Assembly (NCBI GenBank): GCA_041749335.1 | Contig: JBGTBM010000009.1 | Span: 64,179 to 128,178 of the forward strand | Direction: 5' to 3' | DNA length: 64,000 nt | From: Patescibacteria group bacterium | GTDB taxonomy: Bacteria; Patescibacteriota; JABMPQ01 | In this document: piece by piece, positions 10,426 to 19,782 of the stretch | Layout of the letters: each line of letters begins with the position of its first letter | Numbering within the stretch: the first letter of the stretch is position 1 | Position numbers and translations under genes: made by a program | The notes under the pieces: model-generated | The model's input: the letters and a program-made list of their open reading frames with translations, nothing else | Databases searched by the model: none | Told to the model about the DNA's origin: nothing

Positions 10426-10463
10426 TTGACAAATAATTATTTTTTGTTATTGTATGGCATAAT
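10426..10463 (+). promoter_or_regulatory. Candidate sigma70-like promoter in the divergent region between mraY and the 10492 gene
   Basis: TTGACA at 10426-10431. Downstream lies TGgCATAAT-like -10 material with suboptimal spacing. A purine-rich RBS (AAAGGAAAGAGA) sits before the ATG at 10492. Confidence 0.2.
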
Positions 10464-10491
10464 CACTTGCACTTTTTAAAGGAAAGAGAAA

Positions 10492-10854
10492 ATGACGAGA
10501 AAACAAAAGATTCAAATCATTGTTTCTTTTATCTTCTTTTTCTTTTTTGGATTATTTGTTGGAGCAAACATTCTCGCTACCTTATTAAAACACAAAATTG
10601 TCACGATTAAGGGAGTAAATACTCCGTACAGAATTATCAATATCTACGCCAATAATCCAGAATGCTACGTTCCAACTTTTATCACCGGCCGTCACCTGCA
10701 GGGCTGTGGAAAAAGAATATTTCTAATGACAAATGGTCGGTGCGACCCAGAAAAGAGCTTTCCACAATATTGGACAAGGACAAACTACAAAGACGGATGG
10801 GACTTACTTTGTTTAGAATCCTACTTACGTGAACTTAAAACTGGTCGTCCCTAA
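10492..10854 (+). CDS. Hypothetical small membrane-anchored or secreted Cys-containing protein
   Basis: 120 aa. N-terminal hydrophobic segment (IVSFIFFFFFGLFVGANILATLL) and 5 Cys in the C-terminal part. Locally GC-richer. One of the few plus-strand genes. Confidence 0.5.
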   Translation: MTRKQKIQIIVSFIFFFFFGLFVGANILATLLKHKIVTIKGVNTPYRIINIYANNPECYVPTFITGRHLQGCGKRIFLMTNGRCDPEKSFPQYWTRTNYKDGWDLLCLESYLRELKTGRP

Positions 10855-10882
10855 ATATTCTTTATCTACAATACCAACTCGC

Positions 10883-10908
10883 CCTTGATTTTTTCAAGGT
10901 TTTTTTTA
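10883..10908 (+). terminator. Putative intrinsic terminator for the 10492-10854 gene
   Basis: CCTTGA-tttttt-TCAAGG hairpin (10883-10899) followed by an 8-T run. Confidence 0.4.
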
Positions 10909-10963
10909 TAAAAAAAGAGAGTCAAGCTCAAATTTAATTCTCAATAATAATCAGTATTAAATG

Positions 10964-11875
10964 CTAATCCCAATTATAATTTCCAAAAGTCCACTCGATC
11001 ATCGCTTTGGTATCATGAAATTGCCGTCCATCCTCCTTTTCTCCCAATACGACTGTAATTATCTCATGTTTATTATCATCTACTCCAAATGTTATCAAGC
11101 AATATCCGGCATTGTCCGTAAAACCAGTTTTGCCTCCATTGATTAAAAAATAATCTTCCTGCAAAAGTTTATTGGTATTTTTGAATTGATGATGTTTTGG
11201 CATATTCACCGCATCAAATTGATAATCTTTCATTTTAATTAATTGGCGAAAGGTTTCATTTTTATAAGCGTATAAAGCTAATTTAGCCAAGTCACTGGCG
11301 CTTGAGTAATGATTTTCCTGATCTAGGCCGTGAGGATTTTGAAATTTGGTATTTTCCATGCTCAATTCATCTGCCTTTTTATTCATTAAACTAACAAATT
11401 TCTTTTCCTCTTTTGCCACTTTGCGTGCGATTGCTACAGCCGCATCATTGCCGGAATTTATTAACAAACCATGCAATAAATCACTGACTCTAACTTCTTC
11501 TCCTGCTTCCAAATTTATACCAGATCCATATATTTTATTTACTTCCGGCTCAATTACATAGGTGTCCTCCAATGGAACATCACTATCTAAAAGTATAACC
11601 GCAGTCATCACCTTAGTGAGAGACGCCATGGGCATGTTTGACTGGCTATTTTTTTCAAATAATACCCGGCCAGAACTATAATCAACAACCATGGCGGATT
11701 TGCCGTCAATGTCAACTCCCAGGCTAGTGCTATTTTTGTATGGAGAAATAATTCTTTGCTCTGACTGGCTATTACCACTTTCTACCGGAATAATATTTTT
11801 ATCAATAACAAAACCAGTCCCCCAAAAAGACGAAGTAAAGATAATCAAGCTTGCTAAAAATATTTTTGTGATCAT
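10964..11875 (-). CDS. D-alanyl-D-alanine carboxypeptidase (S11 peptidase, PBP5-like)
   Basis: SxxK motif (ASLTKVMT), SxN motif (SGNDAA), and an N-terminal signal/TM segment. Start assigned to the internal Met (MITKIF...) to avoid overlap with the upstream ferredoxin gene. The ORF-track start at 11920 is the alternative. Confidence 0.8.
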   Translation of the reverse strand: MITKIFLASLIIFTSSFWGTGFVIDKNIIPVESGNSQSEQRIISPYKNSTSLGVDIDGKSAMVVDYSSGRVLFEKNSQSNMPMASLTKVMTAVILLDSDVPLEDTYVIEPEVNKIYGSGINLEAGEEVRVSDLLHGLLINSGNDAAVAIARKVAKEEKKFVSLMNKKADELSMENTKFQNPHGLDQENHYSSASDLAKLALYAYKNETFRQLIKMKDYQFDAVNMPKHHQFKNTNKLLQEDYFLINGGKTGFTDNAGYCLITFGVDDNKHEIITVVLGEKEDGRQFHDTKAMIEWTFGNYNWD

Positions 11876-11883
11876 TGATAAAT

Positions 11884-12078
11884 TTACTTTTCTTCGCTCG
11901 TTATTGCTTGCACCGGACATGACTCAATTGTATCAGAAATGCAATCCAAGCTATCAACTTCATTTTTTATCACTACTGCCTTATCCCCCTTTAATTCAAA
12001 ATGTTCGGAACAAAGTGCTACACAAGTTCCACAGCCAATGCAAGTTTCTTCATTAATTTTTATTTCATATTTTGCCAT
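11884..12078 (-). CDS. Small ferredoxin (single Fe-S cluster, CxxCxxC...CP type)
   Basis: 64 aa, MAKYEIKINEETCIGCGTCVALCSEHFE...SCPVQAI. Classic ferredoxin cysteine pattern. Confidence 0.7.
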   Translation of the reverse strand: MAKYEIKINEETCIGCGTCVALCSEHFELKGDKAVVIKNEVDSLDCISDTIESCPVQAITSEEK

Positions 12079-12102
12079 ATGTTTAATTATTTTAAAAATA
12101 TT

Positions 12103-13554
12103 TTAACCCTTAATGACTATATAAGGCTTAAGTCGAGCCACTTTTTCGTTTATTCCTGCATTATGCATTACATTTACTACACTTTCAATATCTTTGTATG
12201 CTCCAGGCGCTTCTTCTGCCAATCCTGCCATGCTATGACCTTTTATAATAATACCTTCTTGTTTTAATTTATCTCTTAATTCTTCGCCCCGCCATATTTT
12301 TTTTGCTTGGCTTCTGGATAATCGCCTACCCGCGCCATGCACGCCGCTACCGAATGTTTCATTCATTGCCTTGGCAGTGCCCTTCAAAATATATGAAGCC
12401 GTCCCCATAGTTCCACCAACAAATAAAGGCTGGCCAATTTTACGATATTTTTTACAGATCTCGATTCTGCCCGGACCAAATGCTCTAGTTGATCCCTTTC
12501 GATGAACCAATACGTCTTTAATAATACCGTTAATTCTATGTTTTTCAATTTTGCATGTGTTGTGGCCAACTTCATACATTGTATCAATGTCCGTTTCTTT
12601 AATTTTCATAACTCTACCAATAGTTTTTCGAGCTAAATGGGCAATTACTTGACGATTGGCGAAGGCTGCATTGGTGCCACAATTAACCGCCTGTAAATAA
12701 TCCTGGCCTTCTGGACTTTTGATCGGAGCGGCTACCAATTCTCTTTCCCTAATCGGAATCTTATATTTTTTTGATGCCGCTTCTAAGATCTTTAAATAAT
12801 CTGAACCAATTTGATGGCCCAAACCTCTCGATCCGCAATGAATTGAAATAACCGCTTGGCTTTCAAACAATCCAAAAACTTTTGCCGCCTCTTGATCAAT
12901 TATTTTATCCACTATATCTATTTCCAAATAGTGGTTACCCGATCCCAATGTGCCGATTTGCTCTATTTGTCTTCTCTTTGCTTTTTCGGAAATTTTTTCC
13001 GGATTTGCATTGTTAATTTTTCCTCCTTCTTCAATATATTCCAAATCTTTTGGTAAACCATAACCTAATTTCACAATATATTTAGCGCCATTTATCAATA
13101 TCTCTTCAATTTGTTTAAAATCCATCTTTATTTTACCCCCCATGCCTAAACCGGCCGGAATATTTTCAAATAGAGCCTGCGCCAGATTTTCTTTTTGTGG
13201 TTCAATATCAGATTGCGTTAATTTAGTCTTCATAACCCTTACGCCGCAATTAATATCGAATCCTACTCCAGCGACGCTAATTACCCCCTGGTCTAAATTA
13301 AAAGCACCAATCCCGCCAATGCAAAATCCATATCCCGGGTGTACGTCAGCCAGCGCTAAAGAATATTTTTCAATACCTGGAAGCGAGGCAACATTAATAA
13401 TTTGCCTGATTGCATTCCATTCTTTATTTAAATCATTTTTTAAATCCTGCGTAATTTCTTCATCAGCGTATATTCTCCCCGGTACTAACATCTGCCCGAT
13501 TTTTGAAATTTCATAGATATTGTCAGATATTTTTTTTAGCTCTGCCTCGAGCAT
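12103..13554 (-). CDS. rtcB: RNA-splicing ligase RtcB (3'-phosphate/5'-OH RNA ligase)
   Basis: 483 aa with the RtcB His/Cys metal-binding regions (GFDINCGVR, NHAG-like GSGNHYLE, HCGSRGLGHQ, HNAG). Confidence 0.9.
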   Translation of the reverse strand: MLEAELKKISDNIYEISKIGQMLVPGRIYADEEITQDLKNDLNKEWNAIRQIINVASLPGIEKYSLALADVHPGYGFCIGGIGAFNLDQGVISVAGVGFDINCGVRVMKTKLTQSDIEPQKENLAQALFENIPAGLGMGGKIKMDFKQIEEILINGAKYIVKLGYGLPKDLEYIEEGGKINNANPEKISEKAKRRQIEQIGTLGSGNHYLEIDIVDKIIDQEAAKVFGLFESQAVISIHCGSRGLGHQIGSDYLKILEAASKKYKIPIRERELVAAPIKSPEGQDYLQAVNCGTNAAFANRQVIAHLARKTIGRVMKIKETDIDTMYEVGHNTCKIEKHRINGIIKDVLVHRKGSTRAFGPGRIEICKKYRKIGQPLFVGGTMGTASYILKGTAKAMNETFGSGVHGAGRRLSRSQAKKIWRGEELRDKLKQEGIIIKGHSMAGLAEEAPGAYKDIESVVNVMHNAGINEKVARLKPYIVIKG

Positions 13555-13576
13555 ATATTTTATTTATTTTTTTTAG

Positions 13577-14002
13577 CTATACATCTATTATACATTTTGC
13601 CTCCCATGATCCCTGCTTCTGTTTAACACTCAATTGAGAAAATGTTGCTCCCTTAGCCTCTACTTTAATTTGATGTTTCGCGGGATTTAACTTTTCACCC
13701 CAGATTATCGCTCGTAATTCATATATATCATTTTTATTTATAATTTCTTCAATTTTAAATTTTGAAAAAACCATTCCGGTTACATCTTTTTGGAATATCA
13801 ATTCATTCAGCCACTCAACAAATAATCCGGCTTTATCTTTAGAGCTGCACATCACGCTGATTTTTTCTATTGGTTTTACGGTTTTTATCTCCACCATGAT
13901 ATCAAAAAGAGCCTTGGCGCCATCTGCAAAAACTTCCCGTAGATTTTCCCCAGTGCTGGTAATTCCAATATCCGATCGATGATCATAATACCCATAAGCC
14001 AT
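13577..14002 (-). CDS. Archease (RtcB activator)
   Basis: 141 aa, MAYGYYDHRSDIGITSTG.... Matches the archease N-terminal YxxHTADIG-like signature. Lies immediately upstream of rtcB. Confidence 0.75.
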   Translation of the reverse strand: MAYGYYDHRSDIGITSTGENLREVFADGAKALFDIMVEIKTVKPIEKISVMCSSKDKAGLFVEWLNELIFQKDVTGMVFSKFKIEEIINKNDIYELRAIIWGEKLNPAKHQIKVEAKGATFSQLSVKQKQGSWEAKCIIDV

Positions 14003-14005
14003 AAT

Positions 14006-15526
14006 TTAATGATTAATATATTCAAAAATCATTTTATCGGTTAAATATTCTATCGGCGCCTTGTCGTCAGTTAATTTAAGAGCATTTTTTTCATATTTAA
14101 AATTGTAACTTTTATCTTTAGTATTTTTTAATGTATTAATTAATTCTTTTCGAATATCCCGATTGCTGATATTGTCAAAATTGATCTTTTCGTTCCTTCC
14201 GACTATCATATAATTGAAGCTAAAATTTATCGGCGTAATCATAATATTAGAGAAGTTGTAAGCAATGGAATTTGCTATTGCCAATAAAAGCTCCGATTTT
14301 TCGGATTCTGCATTAACATTAATCGCCACCATTCCCTTTTCATGTAATTTCTCCTCAATTAATTTAAAAAATTCTTCGGTTGTCAAATGAAATGGAATTT
14401 GCAATTGATTATTATAAGCATCGATTATTATTAAATCATATTTCTTTTCCGCTTGTTTAAGAAACATCCGACCTTCTTCATTGTAAATATTAAACCCCTT
14501 ATCGTTAGTATCAAAATATTTTTTGGAAATATCTATTACTTCATTATCAATTTCGACTCCGTCTATATTAATTATTTTATCTTCACAAAAATATTTCATC
14601 TGATTTGCGATAGTTCCGCCGGCAAAACCGATAATCAATATATCTAACTCTTTTTTTTCCAACATTTCCGGCAATAAATTATAATAATCATAATAATACC
14701 TGGATATATTATTATTGGGATTATAAACCGAATTTATTCCGATTCCTTCGTTATATAATAAATGCCTAGTTCCATCAATTTGTTCAATAACTTGAATATA
14801 TTGATAGGCCGATTCCGTTTCATAAACAGCATTAGCATTAGATTTAATAGAATATATGTTTAAAAAAAGTACCGGGAAAAATATTAAAAAGATTAGCAGA
14901 TACTTTTTATTTTTTTTTAACAAACCAATTATGGATAACAGCATCAGAGTTAGCGCAGAAGCGATAATTGTTCTTTTAGTGCCGATCGTCGGAATTAACA
15001 CAATTGTTGAAATAAAAGTACCGATGATGCTTCCGATAGTGGAAAATGCAAAAACCGAACCGGAAATATTACCGATATTTTCATTGGTAATAGATAAAAG
15101 CTTAATAATATAGGGGCTAACCATCCCCAAGAGCAGAATGGGCAAGACAAATAGCAATAAAGTGGAAAAAAAAGAGCCAACTAGAATTATAATAGAAGAA
15201 ACATTGGCTTTAAAAATATCTATCGTCGTTAAATCCGCTACCGGCCTTACTAAAAGTGGGATTATAATTATTAACAACGAGGCTAATAAAATAATTTGCA
15301 TTAATTGCGTTTTGCTATGATATTTATCAGATAATTTTCCCCCGAAATAATATCCCAATGAAAGCGCCAGCATCACTAAACCGATAACATTGGTCCAAAC
15401 GAAAATTGAAGTTCCAAAATAAGGCGCCAACAAGCGCGAAGCCGCCATTTCAACCGCCATAATAACCATTCCGGAAATAACCGCGACAAAATAAAGATAT
15501 TTATTTTGATTCTTAATTTTTTTCAT
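14006..15526 (-). CDS. Fused polytopic membrane domain / spermidine-synthase-like aminopropyltransferase-fold protein
   Basis: 506 aa. About 7 N-terminal TM helices, then a SAM-MTase-like spermidine synthase region (LIIGFAGGTIANQ, IDGVEIDNEVIDISKKYF, DLIIIDAYN). Confidence 0.7.
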   Translation of the reverse strand: MKKIKNQNKYLYFVAVISGMVIMAVEMAASRLLAPYFGTSIFVWTNVIGLVMLALSLGYYFGGKLSDKYHSKTQLMQIILLASLLIIIIPLLVRPVADLTTIDIFKANVSSIIILVGSFFSTLLLFVLPILLLGMVSPYIIKLLSITNENIGNISGSVFAFSTIGSIIGTFISTIVLIPTIGTKRTIIASALTLMLLSIIGLLKKNKKYLLIFLIFFPVLFLNIYSIKSNANAVYETESAYQYIQVIEQIDGTRHLLYNEGIGINSVYNPNNNISRYYYDYYNLLPEMLEKKELDILIIGFAGGTIANQMKYFCEDKIINIDGVEIDNEVIDISKKYFDTNDKGFNIYNEEGRMFLKQAEKKYDLIIIDAYNNQLQIPFHLTTEEFFKLIEEKLHEKGMVAINVNAESEKSELLLAIANSIAYNFSNIMITPINFSFNYMIVGRNEKINFDNISNRDIRKELINTLKNTKDKSYNFKYEKNALKLTDDKAPIEYLTDKMIFEYINH

Positions 15527-15537
15527 AATTTAATATT

Positions 15538-16521
15538 TTATAATACTTTATTTAATGGCTTTTTGCCGGAAAGAACAGCAATAATATTTTTAGCTGCCAC
15601 TTCAGACATCCTTGATCTTGTTTCGTTTGAAGCCGAGGCTATATGGGGAGTAAAAATCGCATTATTTAATTGCTTAAATCGATTTTTTACCTCTAGGCTA
15701 CATCCCAAAAGCGGCTCGCATTCAAAAACATCCAATGCCGCTCCTCTAATTTTTTTCTTTTCCAGCGCATTTAGTAATGCTCTCTCGTCCACTATCGGAC
15801 CGCGAGAAGTATTTATTAAATATGCGGTTTTTTTCATCATTGCAAATTCCCGATGTCCAATTAGATGTTTAGTGCTAGGCAGGAGTGGGACATGCAAGCT
15901 AACAAAATCTGATTTTTTCAATAATTGGTTCTTAGATAAATATTTTGCTTTATATTTTTTCTCAAATTTAATATCTCTTTTAATATCATTATATGCTAAT
16001 TTCATTCCCATCCCATTGACCGCCTTTTGGGCCACTGCATATCCGATTCGACCCAGGCCGATTACACCCAGTAATTTTCCCCGTAAGTCATCCCCTAGAA
16101 ACAACATCGGACCCCAACCCTTAAATTTTCCTGAACGCATATATTTATCAGCTTCAACTATCCGGCACGCAATAGACATCATTAAAGCGAAGGCATGTTC
16201 CGCTACCGTGTCAGTTAAAACGCCAGGAGTATTAGTAACAATGATATTTCTTTTTTTTGCATAATTAAGGTCGATATTATTAAAACCAACGGCGTAATTA
16301 GCTATAATCCTCAAATTATCACCTGCCGCATTAATGATTTCCGCATCAATTTGATCGGTTAAAAGACATAATAGAGCATCAATTCCTTTTACATTCTTAA
16401 TTAATTCTTTTTTACTTAAAGCTCGGTCATATGGATTAATTTTTACGTCAAATATTTTTTTTAAAACAAGAATTCCACTTTGAGGAACTTGGCGTGTGAC
16501 AAATATTTTTTTCTTTCTCAT
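15538..16521 (-). CDS. D-isomer-specific 2-hydroxyacid dehydrogenase (glyoxylate/hydroxypyruvate reductase, glycerate dehydrogenase family)
   Basis: NAD-binding GxGxxG (GVIGLGRIG). Catalytic R/E/H region (NTSRG...DVFECEP...TPHIASAS). Start placed at the internal Met (MRKKKIFV), which abuts the upstream gene's stop. The ORF-track start at 16566 is the alternative. Confidence 0.8.
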   Translation of the reverse strand: MRKKKIFVTRQVPQSGILVLKKIFDVKINPYDRALSKKELIKNVKGIDALLCLLTDQIDAEIINAAGDNLRIIANYAVGFNNIDLNYAKKRNIIVTNTPGVLTDTVAEHAFALMMSIACRIVEADKYMRSGKFKGWGPMLFLGDDLRGKLLGVIGLGRIGYAVAQKAVNGMGMKLAYNDIKRDIKFEKKYKAKYLSKNQLLKKSDFVSLHVPLLPSTKHLIGHREFAMMKKTAYLINTSRGPIVDERALLNALEKKKIRGAALDVFECEPLLGCSLEVKNRFKQLNNAIFTPHIASASNETRSRMSEVAAKNIIAVLSGKKPLNKVL

Positions 16522-16522
16522 T

Positions 16523-17776
16523 TTATTTTTTATATTCTTTATTAATATCAATATACCCTTGTTCAAAATTATTAATTATCAATTCTTCCATTTTTTCTTT
16601 ACCAACAAATTCCTCAAATATTCGATTCCATAGAGCTTCTTGGTGATGATATAAATATTTAATTCTTTCTTTTTCTTTTACTAAAGACATCACGCTGTCA
16701 ATTAAATTAAAGCTAACAAGGTCTTCTCCCTTTTTATTGATAAAAAAATCTCCAACAAAGTTTAAATTTTTCCAAAAAGTAAAATCTAAATCTTCATATC
16801 TGGCATCCAACTGGGTTAGATTATTTTCGGCTTTATCCCAATGTATGGTTTCGGGATTAACATGGGGCTCAAACAATCTAAAATCGTTGGGATCATCCTT
16901 CGCCAGATATCTCTGGACAATTCTCCACTTATTATGGCCTGTCAATTTAGTTTCAATAACGTCTCCCCTGATTAATGAAACAATTTTTTTGCCGATGTTG
17001 TGATTATTTTGATATTTTTTAAATAACTTTGAATAAAATGTGACTTCGTTCAAATAATGTAATACCAAAGAAAATATTCTCAACATTTCTCCTGGAGTAT
17101 CAACATCGAGCGGAATAATAAATACCACGCCCAGCTCTTTTAAATGGCTGACGTTATGATATTTTTTTTGTATGAATTTTTCCGCTACTTCCAGCCATTT
17201 TCCATCTAAAACGATAATGTCAATATTTCGTTCTTCAAAATCTTCCGGTTTTAAGCTGTTATATAGCGGTATAAATTTTTTATTCATCCAATCAGAAGAT
17301 TCAACAAACCTTAGTGCAGAAAATACTTGTTTAAAATCTTCATGGGCCAAAAGCTCATTAGTATCCTTATATCCCAAGGATTTCAAGATGTTTTTCGGCG
17401 GACATTGATGGATCATCTGTCTGGCAATTTCTTCCTTAAGAAAATACCCCCTTTTTACATCTGCTAGCTCTAAAAGAAGCTGAATCATTAAACGGCATGA
17501 TTTTACATATGTACACTTAGGCTTCCCTAAAATATCATATAATTTTTTATCGTCGCTCTTTAATTTATTTATTATAGCTTCATAAACCTCGTGGCTATTT
17601 GACTCTCTGGAAAGATTTAAAACACTCAACACTTCTTTGACCTTAAAATCATTTTCCGCCATCACTCGCTCTAAAGCTCCATGAATATTACAAATATCTG
17701 CCATAGAATTACATACATTCAAAATATAATCCTCCTTAATTCTTAAAATCTTCGCAAATTTTTCTGCTGGTTTCAT
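16523..17776 (-). CDS. Hypothetical protein (417 aa) embedded in the sugar-phosphate gene block
   Basis: Long uninterrupted ORF with typical local codon usage. No family motif recognised by eye. Flanked by the PfkB kinase and the 2-hydroxyacid dehydrogenase. Confidence 0.5.
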   Translation of the reverse strand: MKPAEKFAKILRIKEDYILNVCNSMADICNIHGALERVMAENDFKVKEVLSVLNLSRESNSHEVYEAIINKLKSDDKKLYDILGKPKCTYVKSCRLMIQLLLELADVKRGYFLKEEIARQMIHQCPPKNILKSLGYKDTNELLAHEDFKQVFSALRFVESSDWMNKKFIPLYNSLKPEDFEERNIDIIVLDGKWLEVAEKFIQKKYHNVSHLKELGVVFIIPLDVDTPGEMLRIFSLVLHYLNEVTFYSKLFKKYQNNHNIGKKIVSLIRGDVIETKLTGHNKWRIVQRYLAKDDPNDFRLFEPHVNPETIHWDKAENNLTQLDARYEDLDFTFWKNLNFVGDFFINKKGEDLVSFNLIDSVMSLVKEKERIKYLYHHQEALWNRIFEEFVGKEKMEELIINNFEQGYIDINKEYKK

Positions 17777-17781
17777 AACAT

Positions 17782-18771
17782 TTATTTTAATTTATATTCA
17801 ATGACTTTAATTTTCTTAAATTTAGATAAATCTGATTTTTTCAAAATCCCATTTTTTGCCCCAATTTCTTTAATTACCGCAGTGGCATTGGCCGAGCCGA
17901 GCTGTATGGCATATTCGATTGAATTATTTATCATTAAGCCAGACACAAATCCCGATCCGAAAGAATCTCCCGCGCCGGTCCTCTCCACTACTTTGCCCGG
18001 AAGTATCCCGGCTTGAAAACATTGATTTCCATTACAAGCAATCAAGCCCGCAGGACCTCGAGTTACTACCACTACTCCTTCCTGGATCACATCTATTAGT
18101 CGTTTTAATATTTTATCAAGGTTATTAAATTTTATACCAGTTAGTTTTGCCGCCTCTTCTTGATTTAAATTAAGCAAGCTTACTTTTTTTAATATTGGCT
18201 TAAGCTTATTTAATCCATATTTTAATTCCTTAGCACCAGGATTTAGAGCAATTTTAATATTTTTCTTAACCGCAAGATTTACTACTTTGTTTAAAAATCC
18301 AATATCCCCGGCCAAAGATGTAATATAAAACCAATCAGAGTTAATATTTTCAGGAATATTAATTTCTTTAAATTGTGCGCTTGCCCCTCGATAAACAATT
18401 ACCATCCTTTCTCCTATTCTTGGTGAAGATATTAAAACTGAATAACCGGTATTTTCTTTTTTTGAAATATTAATATATTTAGTTTCAATGCCGAGTTTTT
18501 TTAACTCCTTGATTGATGCCTCGCCATTTTGGTCTTTGCCTACATTACTAATACATGTACTCTTAAACCCCAAACTTGAAAAAGTTGCCGCGGTATTAGT
18601 GGCGCCCCCACCGGTTGAAAAGACTATTTTATCAACCTCATTTTTTGATCCGACCTCGAAACAATATGCTTGGCCGGTTTCAAACCTCTTGTCATAATAT
18701 CCTTTTAAATTATTTCCCAGCAAAAAAACGTCCCTGGTTGCCGATCCAAAAGTTATTACATTATATTTCAT
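17782..18771 (-). CDS. PfkB-family carbohydrate/nucleoside kinase (ribokinase superfamily)
   Basis: C-terminal anion-hole motif TGAGDSFGSGF and an N-terminal GG-containing region. Start trimmed to the internal Met (MKYNVITFG) to remove overlap with the transketolase C-subunit gene. The ORF-track start at 18813 is the alternative. Confidence 0.75.
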   Translation of the reverse strand: MKYNVITFGSATRDVFLLGNNLKGYYDKRFETGQAYCFEVGSKNEVDKIVFSTGGGATNTAATFSSLGFKSTCISNVGKDQNGEASIKELKKLGIETKYINISKKENTGYSVLISSPRIGERMVIVYRGASAQFKEINIPENINSDWFYITSLAGDIGFLNKVVNLAVKKNIKIALNPGAKELKYGLNKLKPILKKVSLLNLNQEEAAKLTGIKFNNLDKILKRLIDVIQEGVVVVTRGPAGLIACNGNQCFQAGILPGKVVERTGAGDSFGSGFVSGLMINNSIEYAIQLGSANATAVIKEIGAKNGILKKSDLSKFKKIKVIEYKLK

Positions 18772-18775
18772 AAAT

Positions 18776-19762
18776 TTATTTCCTTTTAATAACCTTTTTA
18801 ACAGCGTCAACAATATCTTTTTCAGTACAACCGTATTTTTTTAAAAGTTCTTCTGGCTCCCCGGATGCACCAAAGGTATCATTGATTCCAACCATTTCCA
18901 CCGGCACCGGGTAATACTTACCCAATACTTCCATAACAGCGCTGCCGGCCCCGCCCATAATTTGATGTTCTTCAACCGTTACAACCGCCTTGGTTTTTTT
19001 GGCTGAAGCTATTATAGTTTTTTCATCAATTGGCTTTATAGTATGATTATTAATAACTTCAACGTCAATTTTTTGAGCAAATAATTTTTTTGCAGCTTGT
19101 AATGCTTCATAAACCAATGGCCCGCAGGCAATAATACTGACATCGCTTCCCTCTTTTAATACATTGGCCTGACCCACTTTAAAGGGGGAATTCTTAGTAG
19201 TAAATACAGGAGTTGCTTCTCGGGCAAATCTTATATAAACCGGACCTTTAATTTTTGCAGCTTCCATGGTAGCTTTTTTAGTTTCCTCATAATCTCCGGG
19301 AACAATAACTTTAAGATTAGGCAGACATCTAGTAATGGCAATGTCTTCTAATGCCTGGTGAGTAGCGCCATCCGGACCTACAGAGATTCCAGTATGCGCT
19401 CCAGTTAATTTTACATTAGCCTTGCTATAACAAACAGACACGCGCAACTGATCCCAATTTCTGCCCGGACAAAAAACACCATAGGTTGAAATAAAAGGAA
19501 TTTTTCCGGAAAAAGCCATGCCGGCCGCCATTCCCATCATGTTTTGTTCTGCAATTCCCATCTGAACAAATCTATCCGGAAATTTTTCTTGAAAATAATT
19601 ACTTCTGGTTGATTCCGTTAGATCTGCGCATAAAACAACTACATTTTTATCTTTTTTACCCGCTTCCACCATTCCTTCTCCATAGCCATTTCTGGTAGGT
19701 ATTCTTTTTATTTTTTTTCTATCAAATAAATTTCTTGCTAATTTTGCTTTTGGATTTAACAT
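18776..19762 (-). CDS. Transketolase, C-terminal (pyrimidine-binding plus C-terminal domain) subunit
   Basis: 328 aa with the transketolase central/C-terminal domains (GIAEQNMMGMAAGMA, FISTYGVF). Separate gene from the N-terminal subunit. Confidence 0.85.
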   Translation of the reverse strand: MLNPKAKLARNLFDRKKIKRIPTRNGYGEGMVEAGKKDKNVVVLCADLTESTRSNYFQEKFPDRFVQMGIAEQNMMGMAAGMAFSGKIPFISTYGVFCPGRNWDQLRVSVCYSKANVKLTGAHTGISVGPDGATHQALEDIAITRCLPNLKVIVPGDYEETKKATMEAAKIKGPVYIRFAREATPVFTTKNSPFKVGQANVLKEGSDVSIIACGPLVYEALQAAKKLFAQKIDVEVINNHTIKPIDEKTIIASAKKTKAVVTVEEHQIMGGAGSAVMEVLGKYYPVPVEMVGINDTFGASGEPEELLKKYGCTEKDIVDAVKKVIKRK

Positions 19763-19782
19763 AATATAATATTAATTAATTT

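Noticed and set aside
10883-10908. Hairpin considered as a terminator for the minus-strand carboxypeptidase gene as well
   Set aside because: On the minus strand the stem is followed by GCGAG rather than a U-run. It is only convincing for the plus-strand gene.
15506-16264. 252-aa plus-strand ORF and many 60-150-aa plus-strand ORFs (e.g. 2559-2798, 7808-8008, 33031-33492, 57993-58355) antisense to minus-strand genes
   Set aside because: They lie entirely inside well-supported minus-strand genes and have low-complexity composition with no motifs. They are expected by chance in AT-rich DNA with rare stop codons on the antisense frame.
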